A stretch of DNA of 64,000 nucleotides, from NCBI GenBank assembly GCA_043228905.1, contig JBHGNT010000003.1:12028001-12092000 (forward strand), read 5' to 3'. The notes below the pieces were generated by a model that did no database searches, was not told where the DNA came from, and worked only from the letters and a program-made list of their open reading frames with translations. Each line of letters begins with the position of its first letter. Position 1 is the first letter of the stretch. Origin of the DNA: Azolla caroliniana (lineage: Eukaryota > Plantae > Polypodiophyta). Below, piece by piece: positions 36,827 to 49,400 of the stretch. The position numbers and the translations under genes were made by a program.

Positions 36827-39640
36827 GGTCGGTCATGAAGGAGTCAAACTTCTGGTACCATTGCCGGGGAGCTTGCTTCAGTCCGTATAAGCTCTTCTTC
36901 AACCAACACACCAGGTGCTCCTTCCCTTTCTTCTTAAATCCTTCCGGTTGATGCATGTAGATCTCTTCTTCGAGGTCACCATGGAGGAATGCCGTCTTGA
37001 CGTCAAGTTGCTCTACCTCGAGGTCCATGCTTGCCGCTATTCCCAATACCGTCCGGATGGATGTCATCTTTACCATAGGGGCAAAGATCGCATCGAAGTC
37101 CACTCCTTTCTTCTGCTAGAAGCCCTTCACCACGATTCAGGCCTTATACCTTGGTGGATTTCCGACATCTCCCGGTTTCAGCTTGTACACCCACTTGTTC
37201 CGGAGTGCTCTCTTCCCTTTCGGCAACTCCGTCAGTTCATATGTGTGGTTCTCATGCACTGTACTCAACCACTTGCGGCTGTGGGCGTCTCTCTTTGCTT
37301 CTTCGAAGCTTTCCGGCTCCCCCTCATCGGTTAGCAACACATGCTCTGCATCCGGAAATCTCTGGGGGGCTCTTCTCTCTCGGAGAGGATATCTCCGTCC
37401 TTGGTTTCTGACTACCGGTTCCTCCGTTTGTTCCTCATCCTCATCCGATTCGGGATCTTGTCCGGTTCTAGTGTCTCCTTCTTCTTCTTCTTCCTCGGTC
37501 GGTTTGGTTTCTTGTTCATATTCGGCCAGTTCGTCGAATGTCATCCGGTTATCAACTAACATCCAGTTTTCAACCGGGTATGTCCTTATGTCCTCAAGCC
37601 GGTTTTCATTGGATGATCCGGAATTCATCACCTTCGTCTCCGACTCCCAGTCAGAAATGGTCCTGTCTTCTATGAAGACTGTGTCTCGACTCCGGAACAC
37701 CTTCTTGTCGACCAGATCCCACACCTGGTAATCGAACTCATCATCGTCGTATCCAAGGAATATGCATGGCCTGCCTGGACTTCGGATCCAGCTTTGCTCT
37801 CTTGTCTTGTGCTACATGCACATATGTGAGAGACCCTAACACCTTCAGATGCCGGTAGGATACGTCCTTACTGGTCCATACTTTTTCCGGTGAGTCTCCT
37901 TCCAAGGGTGCTGAGGGTGATCTGTTTATCACATAGGTCGCCGTCATCAGTGCCTCAGCCCAATGGGTAACTTTGCATGTGCCAACATGCTCTGGAATCT
38001 CTCCATTACGGTCCGGTTCATCCGTTCGACCAACCCATTTAGTTCTGGCGTCTCGACACGATAAATTCGAGCCGGATTCCCTTCAACTGGTAGTACTCCT
38101 CGAACGGCTCCTGGTATTCTCCTCCCTTATATGCTCGAACCGCCTTCAGCTTCCGACCGGTTTCTCTTTCCACTCTTGCGTGGAGCTCCTTGAAGATGGA
38201 TAACACTTTATCCTTCGTCTTCAGTGGTGAGTCCCATAGCTTCCGGTTGTGGTCATCTATGAACGTCATGAAGTATTGCGCTCCGGCATGTGACTTCGTG
38301 TCCACTTGACACACATCGGTATGAACTAGCTCCAGTGGTGCATTCCATCTCATCGGTGGTCTTGACCGGAAGGAGGTTTGGTTTTGCTTGCCGGCAAGAC
38401 AATCGGTGCACTTCTCAAGTTGCACGTCCTTCACCGGAATGAGATTGTCTTCGGCAAGTCTCTTCATCCCCTTCTCACTCATGTGAAATAGTCTTTTGTG
38501 CCACAACTCACCGACAATGTTAGATGCTATGTTCACTTCTTCTCGGCATATCCGGGCATGCATCAGATACAACGTGTTGACCTTCCGGGCTCGAGCCACT
38601 ATTAGGCTCCCTTTGCTAAACTTCATGACTTCGTTCTGGATGCTACTTGTGTAGCCTTCATCATCACGCCGACTGGCTGATATCAGGTTCAGTCGAACCT
38701 CCGGAACGTGTCAGACATCCTTCAGTAGCAACTTGCATCTGGTTGGTGTCGTCAACAACACATCTCCTATGCCGACAATTCGACATGTACCTTCATTCCA
38801 CATCCGGACACAACCATGATCACCGGTTGTGTAGGATGAGAAGCATTTCCGATCCGGTGTCAGGTGTAACGACGCTCCAGAGTTGACAAACCACGTTGTC
38901 TCATCGCCGACAAGGTTTAACTCATTCTCCTTTGTAATGAGCATCAGTTCCTCTTCACTTGTCGCGATTGCCGACATTCCTTTCTGATCCAGGCCTCTCT
39001 TGTCCGAATCGTTTCGGTCTGAACTCTTCTTCGAATCGGTAGTGCCGGTTTCTTTCTCTTTCCGGAAGTGCCGACAGTTCTTCTGGAAGTGTCCCGGCTT
39101 CATGCAATAGAAGCACGTGGGCCTCCCCCTTGACTTCGACCTTGTCCTCGATTTGTCCCGATTTTGGGGACTCCGATACCGGCCTCTTCCCTGGTTGTGG
39201 TCATCTTCCGTGACCAAGGCCTTCGGATCGGTTCCGGACTCCCGGTCCTTCCGGCGAGCTTCTTCATCTTGCAAGCTTGATTTTACCTTTGCTAGGGACA
39301 ACTACTTTCCTTCGGGCCCGACATTGTCCAACGTGACAATTAACGTCTCCCAACTATCCGGGAGGGAACCGAACAGGAGTAATGTGAGTACCTCATCGGA
39401 GAGAGGTATTTCCAACGAGGTTGCCTGGTGTATCAGTCCCTAGAAGGCATTCATGTGCTCCGCCATACTGGAGCCGTCTTGGTACCGGAGCCTCACTAGC
39501 TTCCGGAATACCGAAACCCGATTGACAACATTCTTGTTCTAGAACATGATGCCGATCTTCTCCTAGAGTTCATGAGCCTTGCTCTCTTCATTGAAGTTGT
39601 TGTACAGGTTCATGTTGATGAAGCACCGGATGTATGCCGT

Positions 39641-40710
39641 TGTCGTGTGGTTTTTCACACACGATATGAAAACTAGTAAAATAATTATTTAAGATTAGTT
39701 TAATGATTTGATATGGAAAGATAGATGTCTTCAAGAGCTTCACAACACATTTTATTACACATGAAACGGATAAACAAGTATCAAGTTATGTGTGTGTGAA
39801 GTTTGAGAAGAAGAGGAAAACAAAATTGTGAGATATACCACATAGATAGGACAACATCGGATCCCAGATTATATAAGGAGAGCCAAAACCTATTACATTA
39901 TGTCTATGTGTGAAGCATATAGAATGTTCAAGGTTGGACTTGGGTTACACTGTCCGAATGGATGGATGTGGCTTAATTACTCCTAATGGTTTTGGACGGA
40001 TGACGACGAAACCTGAATCGGAACCGGGCCGGACGGATCGGGCTAGATGCAACCGGACAGATCATGCGGCGAACTAAAGTAAAGTAAAGGTTATGTGAAC
40101 GCATGCAACTAAAGTCAAACTTTATGTAAAGTAATGGTCATGTGGATGCATGCAATTGAACTAAAGATGCAAACTAGAGTTCCTCATGCAAGGGTATCTT
40201 TGAGTGGGGGGAAAAACAAACAAACTCTTAAGCCTAATTATCTTAAAGAGAAAAAATCCTAATTATCTTATGAAATTCATCTCTCATCAAAGCCAAGAAT
40301 CCTAATTATCTTATGGAATTCATCTCTTATCAAAGCCAAGAATCCTAATTATCTTATGGAATTCATCTCTCATCAAAGCCAAGAATCCTAATTATCTTAT
40401 GGAATTCATCTCTCATCGAAGCCAAAAACCCTAATTTTTTGATCAAAGCCAAAAAACCCTAAATTTCTTATCGAAGCCATATCTCCGTTAATTTGCTAAT
40501 CTATTACTCTATTAATCTTCGTGAGCTAAAACTTTTGGAATCCCAATTTCGGGATAGATTGTAATTTTCTTTTCTTTTGCTAATGAAAATGATCAAACTT
40601 TGTCATTTCGATTAATTCTTAAAACGTAAACGTACGAATCTGGTATCCTCTGGTTGGAGGCCCTGGGGTCCTACCTCGAGTTCATGTATCTTTGTCGTAT
40701 TTTCGCGACA
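39641..40710. mobile_element. Solo LTR of an unrelated family (1070 bp) with 4-bp TSD, inserted in gag
   Basis: Termini TGTCGTG...CGCGACA, TSD CCGT (39637-39640, 40711-40714); removal restores HMKTTAYIRCF. Confidence 0.85.
40257..40470. repeat. 43-bp tandem repeat x4 plus degenerate copies inside the solo LTR
   Basis: Unit TCCTAATTATCTTATGGAATTCATCTCTCATCAAAGCCAAGAA. Confidence 0.88.
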
Positions 40711-41341
40711 CCGTCGTCTTCATGTGCATCACCTCCCACAATGTGGCGTCAATCTTATCCAATCTCTTGTCCCCGAACTGAACCAGCAACCAAAGATCTT
40801 TAACCACTAGCATATCTCTCATCTTCGACTTCCACACAGAGTAGTTGGAGCCAGTGAGCTTGAACATGCCGATGAGCGATTCTTCCATTTCCTGTGTTGT
40901 TTGCTCTGATACCAGTTTGAAAAGAATAGCGCGGAATATAGCTCGTCCACAGCCGAGTCTTGAACACTTCCAATGAGAATCAAACACAGTAATGGGAAGT
41001 AGGGAGTGAACGCATGTACACACACGAGTCGATAGAGAGGACACAAGATGTTTACGTGGAAAAACCTAATAGGGAAAAACCACGGGAGCCCACAAGCTCC
41101 AAACTATCACTATATGAGAAAGGTACAATCAGAGACTCGGAGGAAACGACCTCGAGCTCTGTTTCTTTGCCAAGCGGCGGTTACAACAAGTATATCGCTC
41201 TGTATCTCCTCTCACACTCTCTCTGTTCTCTCTATACAACAGTTATACACATACAACAATATGACAACAACACCACAACACACACAAAGTGATTGCCCTA
41301 AGTCATATTTATACTTATATGAACTTAGGGCTATTTACAAA

Positions 41342-41441
41342 TGTAAAAGAATACGTTGTGCGGAAGCGTGTGCGTAAACACTGAGTACACAATTCGGAGG
41401 AATAAGACAGTTCGGTAAAACATAGAAAACGCAGAGATGGA

Positions 41442-41488
<47 letters not shown>

Positions 41489-44400
41489 CCAAAGAAAACT
41501 CCGATTCAAAATAATGACTCTCTATTCTATACATACTTCGTGCTCAGTGAGCACCTTATATACAAGCCCTGACAATCGGGCTGACACAAGTACTGATAGT
41601 AATTGAACTTGAATGGTCATAAATGAGCCGACTACACAAACTCCCAAAATTATTCCTTTACGAGGAGTAACGCTCTAACGACCTCTTCGGTTTCCACACC
41701 GATGCGGCCCTGTTGTGCGTACTTTTTCACGCACCCAGTCTACGCACTGGGTTACGTTGCGTACTTCGCACCGAATGTTGAGCTTGTCTCTGAACATCCC
41801 CCCTCAAACTCAACTTGAGGTTCCACTTGCTCCGCCGGATCTACACTCTGGTTCCATCGGCTTCACGCCTCGCTCGTGCTCCTCGACCCATTCGATTCCA
41901 TGCGCTTCGGCCCTTCCGGTCGGCTTGTCTGCTCAACCGGCCCTTCTCAACTCCCTTGTTGTCACGGTGTCGGCGCATCCTTCGCTGCCCTTTTCTCCGC
42001 ATGGCCTTCAGTTGATTTGGTGTATCCGAATCGAACATTTCGATTGAATCGAACAATTCCGATTCAATTCCGCTCTCATCCGAATTGGCTATCTCCAATT
42101 CGTCTCTTGTCTTTAGGCCTTTGACTACATCAGACCACGTCTTAATCTTGGCCTTATCTCCCCATGTTTCGGCTGTCCTCAGCTCCTTCTTATGCTTACG
42201 ATCCTTGCTTCCGTCTTCGGCTTCTTCAGCCGGTTCGAAGTCAAATTCTCCATCCGACTCCGCATCTCGGTCACTTCCGTCGTGATGCTTACCTCCGCTC
42301 CTTTCACTCTCTTGTCCCTGTTCTTTCTTTCTCCCCCTCAAGGTCGGCGTGGCGAGGTGACACAACCCTAGCTCACCCGAGAAATGTCGTAACTTGTCGA
42401 GACCAATAGGCTTGGTGAAGATGTCGGCAACTTGCCGATCAGTCGGAACATGCACCAATTCGACTTCACCTGAAAGGACCCGCTCGTGGACAAAATGGTA
42501 ATGCACCTCAATGTGCTTGGTCTGGGCGTGGAACACAGGGTTTTTCACAAGGTGGATACTACTGAGGTTGTCACATTAGATCGTCGTCGGATCAGACACC
42601 TCTACATGCATATCTTGTAATAGCCGTTTCAACCAAATGACTTCGCACGTAGCGACAGTCGCTCCTCGATACTCGGCCTTCGTGCTCGATAGCACTACTG
42701 TCGGCTGCTTCTTACTGCTCCACACAATCGCTGGACTTCCTAGAGAGAATGCGTATCCGGATGTGGATCTATGATCGTGGGCGTTTCCGGCCCAATCGGC
42801 ATCCGTGTAGCCGACTAATTGTTCGGCTACGCCTGCCCGATAAAACAATGCCATGTCTTTCGTGCCGCTGACATAACATAGTATCCGTTGCACGCACTGA
42901 AAGTGTTCGGCCGTAGGCTGCGACATGAATTGACTGATTAGGCCGATTGGATAACTAAGATCTGGCCGAGTAATCGTCAGATAGATAAGGCTTCCGACAA
43001 TCTGTCGGAACCGTGTCGGGTCGCACGCCTTCCCTGAATCTCGGCGAAGCTTTGCGTTTCTATCCAGAGGGGTCGAGATGGGCTTACAATTTGCCATCCC
43101 GAACTTGAAGAGCATATTCAGCGCGTAATGACGCTGGCTGATCAATATGCCTTTGGGGGTATGGATCACTTCGATCCCGAGGAAGTAATGAAGGTCTCCG
43201 AGATCCTTCATTTCAAACGATGCCGCAAGTTGAGACTTCATGGTCGGCACGGGCGATGACTAAATCATCAACGTACAAGAGTAGACTGACCAATCCATAT
43301 TGACCTCGCCGAACAAATAGAGAAGAGTTTGACTTCAACGACGCAAACCCCATCCTACGCAATTGTTGTGTAATCTTTGCGTTCCAAGCTCGTGGGGCTT
43401 GCTTTAGTCCGTATAAGGACTTCTTTAATTGGCAAACTGCCGAGGTGTTTTGTTCGGATAGAAATCCGGGGGGCTGGACCATGTACACCTGCTCCTCAAG
43501 ATCACCTTGCAGGAACGCATTCTTTACATCCATCTGATGTAAGTGCCACCCCTTTGCCGCGACTACGGCTAGCAGGACTCGCATGGTATTCATCTTCGCG
43601 ACAGGCGCGAAGGTCTCATCATAGTCCACGCCGTGCTTCTGCGCGTAGCCTCTAGCTACTAAATGGTCCTTGTAACGGTTGACAGAGCCATAGTATTTCA
43701 CCTTATACACCCATCTGCATCTGATCGGCTTTACACCCTTCGGTGCGTCAACCAGGTCCCAGGTTTCATTTTCCACCAATGCGTGCATCTCTTCCTCCAT
43801 TGCGGCACGCCAATTCGCATCCCTTGCCGCTTCTGCGTAGCTCTCCAGCTCACGCACTTCCGCTACTCGCGTCATGTACGCGTAATGGTGCGCCATGTAC
43901 TCATTATACCCGTATCTCTTTATGGGATTCTTCTAGCGGATAGATCGGTGTAATTCGTGATTACCTGATTTCGTGATTTTTTCGGCCGATTTCGAAATCT
44001 TTTCGGCCGATTTCGACCTCTTCTGTGGAGGTTCCTTCTCAATTGGCTCGAGGTCAGATTCGCTTCGAACTGACTTGGCACTACCGAAATCGTATTCCGG
44101 CGTCTTCTTCTTGCCCTTCTCTTTACGCATAAACCGTGTCCTCGGTTCTTTACGCGGGGACGTCACAGCCGAGTCTCCACTACTTGCCGTCTCATCATCT
44201 GGTTGGCCATCTCAGCCCAACCCCTTATTCGGCCCGCTTAGACAAAATGAGATCGGACTCTCTCTCAGAGCTCCGACGTCCTCATCATGTGGAGGCATTT
44301 CAGCCTCGCTGATTTCTTCGTCAGAAATCGGAATGGAGTCTTGAGGTACTGGAGGTGAAGGCAAGTACCACGAAGCGGATTCGTCGAACACGACATCTCG

Positions 44401-46075
44401 ACTTACGCGTACTTCCTTTGTTCGGGGGTTATAACATTTATACCCCTTCTGTTTGTCTAGATAGCCGACTAAGATGCACTTTTCGGCTTTGGCGTCCAAC
44501 TTCCTTCTCTTTTCCTTCGGCACATGCACATATGCAATGCTACTGAAAATCCTCAAGTGTGCCAAATTCGGTTTCTTTCCGAAATACAACTCATGTGGCG
44601 ACACTCCTCCATTAGCAGAAGTCCGATTCTGCAGGTAGACAACCGTCTTCACGGCTTCGGCCCAATAGAAATTCGGCATATGCTTCTCTTCAAGCATTGC
44701 CCCGACCGCTTCTTCAATTGTCCGATTCTTCTGCTCGGCTACGCCATTATGCTTCAGTGTATATCTACATGAGAATTCATGTCGAATTCCCTCCTTTCGT
44801 AGATAACATGTGAACTGGTTGGAGAAGTACTCCTTCCCGCCATCGGACCGTAGGCATTTGATTTTACGCCCTATTTCCCTTTCCGCGAGTCTCTTCACCT
44901 CTAGGAAACATGCTAAAACTTCGCTCTTCTTTGCGATAGTGCATGCCCACGTGTGCCGAGTGAAATCATCAATGAAGGTTACAAAGCAACGGCTTCCACT
45001 GAGACCCACGTTCTTTGTCGGTCCCCACACATCCAAATGGATCAAATCGAGCGGATTACGGCTCCGAGTACACTCGTCGGGGAATGGAAGTCGGTGTTGT
45101 TTTCCCATATGACAGGCTTCGTAGACTTGGCCATTACGGCCCCGAAATTTCGGCAATTCGAAAACGATGTTCTTCATCTACATCTCGCGAAGCCGCAGGA
45201 AATTTACGTGGCCGAACCGCTTGTGCCACAGGTCGATATCTGACTCGACCTTTAGTCCTTTCGCGAACATTACGGTGCCCGCATTATTGGTTTCGAGGAT
45301 GAACATCCTCCCTTCACGACGCCCTTGCGCGATCACTTTGCCTTCCTCTTCTACGAAGCAGCCGAGGTGCGTGAATCGAACTTGCATACCTTGGTCAACG
45401 ATCTAACCGACCGACACCAAGTTCTTCATTATTGTCGGGACGTGCAACATGTTCATAAGCTTCCCTTTCTGCCTGACGTGGCTGAGGGGAACTTCACCGA
45501 CATGTTCGATGGTATGCGGGGTGTCATCTGCCGTTTTGACAACCCCTCGTGATTCCGGCTTCTCCAAGTATGAGAACCACTCCTCATGGCTCGTCATATG
45601 ATTTGAAGCTCTAGAATCAACATACCACACATCGCTTGATTTCGAGGTGTTCACGGCCATAGAATTGGCCTTATGCTTCATTACGAAGGCTGGGCCTGAT
45701 TTGTTTCCGGTTCGTTCAGAGCCTTTTGCGTAGTGTGATCTTTGACGCCTCTCTATGTCTCTTCGGCTCGGTCCAACTTTGTTCGAGTCGGCTTGTTTCT
45801 TCCAGAACTCGCTCTCCCTCTGGCCTTTCTTGCCACAATACCAACAATTCGGTGCGGTCTTCTCTTGCCGTCTTCCGGCGCCGCCATGACTCCCCCTGCT
45901 TGCGGAGGGTTCGGAATTGCTTCCGGCATCTCGATTGTGTTGTACATTCTTCTCTTTTCGGCTGCATCCATTTCATGCCGATCCGCCTCGTCCACCACGA
46001 CCACGGGGCCTATCATCCTTCGTGTAAAGCATTTTGCCATCGGCGTGCACACTCGTCGACGCACCCGCGTGGTTT
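41342..46075 (-). mobile_element. 5'-truncated Ty1/copia element (family B) inserted in a family A LTR
   Basis: 3' LTR 41342-41796, PPT 41797-41807, RH/RT/IN/PR ORF fragments 41841-45681; gag truncated at a junction with gypsy integrase. Confidence 0.9.
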
Positions 46076-46434
46076 TGGTCCAACAATGTCCAACCCCCAC
46101 TTTTGGAAAGGTTCCAACGGCAACACTGGTTGATGTGGCATCCGGGCTTGCTCCGTTGGTTGCCCCATTTTTTAGCATAAGTCACATTCCTTGCTGTACC
46201 GGACTGTGTCCTTGATGGTTGTCGGCCACCATAGCCCACTGCGCCATATCTTTTGGGTTGTGGCATCTCCGACATAGTCTCCTCCGACAAATCTGTAGTG
46301 GGCCTCATGTAATATCGCTTCTTTCTTATCACTCCGGACTACATGTCCTAGAGTCTGTCGGCTTCCTTGTGATATAACTTTGTATCGGAAGTCATTTCCA
46401 CTCATCCCGGCTGAGCTCTTCCAAAGGTAATCCG

Positions 46435-49400
46435 TGTAGAAAATAACGTGCGGAAGCAAGTATGAAGACCGAACAAAAGGAAGGAAACTCAAGTTTAATG
46501 GAGAGCTTGAGCTTACACGGTATACACGGGAGAGACAGAGAGAGTGAGAGAGAAGACACAAAAAACTATCTTCAACAATAATACTCAGTCTGTACATAAG
46601 ACGTGCTCAGTGAACACTTTTATACAAGCCCTAGAAGGACTGACTGAAGTACTGACAGTACTTCAATGCTCATCAAGAGCTCCTACACTAACTCCCAAAT
46701 ATATTCCTCACGGAATATCTTTCCTAACAACCTCCCGGTTTACGCACTCGGCCTAACCGATCGGTCCCAACCAATCCGGTCCTCGGCTTCTTCAGCCGAA
46801 CCGGCCGATGTTGAGCTTGTCTCTCAACACTCCCCCTCAAGCTCAACTTGAGGCTCTTCGGGATCCTCGGGCACACAACTCCGGTTCCTCCTGGCTTCAC
46901 GCCTCGCTCGCGCTCCTCGACCTGTTCGACTCCGCGCGCTTCGACCCTTCCGGTCGGCTTGTCTGCTCGTGCGGCCCTTAGCTCTTCTGCTGTTGCGGTG
47001 TTGATGCTTCTCCTGCTGCCTTTTCTTCCGCTTGGGCCTCGGTTGATTCAGCGTGTCTGAATCAAACATCCGAACCGACTCGGCTACTTCCGATCGGTTT
47101 TCGTTCTCGTCCGAGTTGGCTGTCTCCAACTTGTCTCCGGTCTTCTCGTCCTCGATTGCGTCATCTCCCCCATGCGTGGTTGTCATCTCCCTCCTTCGGC
47201 TGCTCCCCTTCTGTCCGCTTTCGGACTTCTCTGAGGGTCCGCCCTCGGCTTCTTCAGCCGATCCAAACTCGAACTTGACAACCGAGTCTACCGACTCCGA
47301 CTCGGTGTCACGGTCTCCGCTCCTTTCCTGCTGCCTTGCTTGGTCGTTCGGGACTGTTCTCCCCCTCAAGTTCGGCACATCGAGGTGACGCAACCCGAGC
47401 GCACTTGAGAATTGCCGCAACTTGTCCAGACCAAGCGGCTTTGTGAAGATGTCGGCAGTCTGCCGATCCGTCGGCACGTACTGAAGTTCGACTTCACCGG
47501 AAAGGACACGCTCACGGACGAAATGGTAGTGCACCTCAATGTGCTTGGTCAGTCCATGGAAAATGGGGTTCTTCGCGAGCTGGATGCTGCTGAGGTTGTC
47601 GCAGTAGATCGTCGTTGGATCGGTCACCTCCTCTTGCAGGTCCTTAAGTAGCCGCTTCAACCATATGGCTTCGCATGTCGCGACAGCCGCTCCTCGGTAC
47701 TCAGCTTCGGTGCTCGACAGTGAAACTGTCGGCTGCTTCTTACTGCTCCACGCGATCGCGGCACTCCCGAGGGAGAACGCGTATCCAGACGTGGATCGGC
47801 GATCGGCGGCATTGCCAGCCCAATCAACATCAGTGTAGCCGACTAACTGTGCGGCTGCACCGGTCCGATATAGCAGTCCCCGGTCCTTAGTGCCGTTGAC
47901 ATACCGAAGTATGCGTTGCGCACACTGAAGGTGCTCCTCGGTAGGTCGCGCCATGAACTGACTAATCACCCCGACCGGATAACTGAGGTCGGGTCGGGTG
48001 ATGGTCAAGTATATGAGGCTTCTGACAATTTGTCGGAACCTCGTCAGGTCGCATTCCTTTCCCGTATCGGGATGAAGCTTGATGGTCCTGTCCAGAGGAG
48101 TTGAGACGGACTTACAGTCGGCCATCCCGAGCTTGAAGAGCATACCCAGCACGTAATGACGTTGGCTGATCAATATGCCTTCGAGGGTACAGATCACTTC
48201 GATCCCGAGGAAGTAATGAAGGTCCCCCAGATCCTTCATGTCGAACGATGCCGCAAGCTGGAGCTTCACGCGGTCGATTTCACCTAGGTCGGCGCCGGTG
48301 ATGACCAAGTCATCAACATATAGTAAAATACTAACCGGTCCGAGTCGACCTTTCTGGATGAACAGGGAAGAGTCCGATTTGGACATGATGAAGCCCATCC
48401 GACGCAGTTGTTGCGTGATCTTCGCGTTCCAGGCACGCGGGGCTTGCTTCAGTCCGTAAAGGGACTTCTTTAGTCGGCATACTACCGAGGAGTTCGTTCC
48501 AGAGTGAAATCCGGGGGGCTGTACCATGTACACCTGTTCCTCAAGGTCACCTTGCAGGAAAGCATTCTTTACATCCATTTGATGTAAGTGCCACCCCTTG
48601 GCCGCGACTACTGCGAGCAAAACACGGACAGTCATCATTTTCGCGACCGGCGCAAACGTCTCATCGTAGTCGATGCCGTGTTTCTGCGCGTAGCCTTTTG
48701 CCACTAGCCGAGCCTTGTACCGGTTGACCGAGCCATCAGTGTTGTACTTGACCTTGTACACCCACCTACACCCGATCGGTTTTACCCCCTTCGGTGCCTC
48801 AACCAGGTCCCAAGTCTCGTTCTCTGCCAATGCGTGCATCTCTTCCTCCATCGCGGCATACCAATTCGCGTCTTTAGCCGCTTCTGCGTAGCTCTCCGGC
48901 TCACGCACTTCCGCTACACGGGTCATGTACGCATAATGATGCGCCATGTACTCGTTGTATCCGAACCGCAAAACATGATTCTTCTGGCGGGTAGATCGGC
49001 GTAATCTCACATTAGCCGATGTCGAGGCCTTCTCGGTCGACGCTGTCTTCACCTTTAAAGACCCGTCACCGGTTCCCTCGGAGTCGGACTCGCGTCGGTC
49101 TGACTCGTTCCTATCCGTGCCGGAATCCGACACCTTCTTCTTCCCTTTCTCTTTGCGCGTAAGCCGTCTCCTCGGCTTCCTGCGCGGGGAATGCACGGCC
49201 GAGTCTCCACTACTCGCTGGCTCTTCATCGGACTGGTCGTACCGACTCAGTCGTCCAATCGGTCCACTTAACCGGAGTGAAATCGGACTCTCGTTGCGGG
49301 TCTCGATTTCGGGCTCATCCAGAGGCATCTCGGCCTCGCTGACCTCATCGTTAAAGCTCGGATTGGAGTCGGGGTTCCGAGTCGGGGTTCCGAGTCGGGG

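Larger units (their letters stand above)
34661..41341 (-). mobile_element. Degenerate Ty1/copia element (family A)
   Basis: 3' LTR 34661-35189, PPT 35190-35200, pol/gag fragments 35200-40888, PBS 40903-40914, 5' LTR from 40918 interrupted at 41341. Confidence 0.93.
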
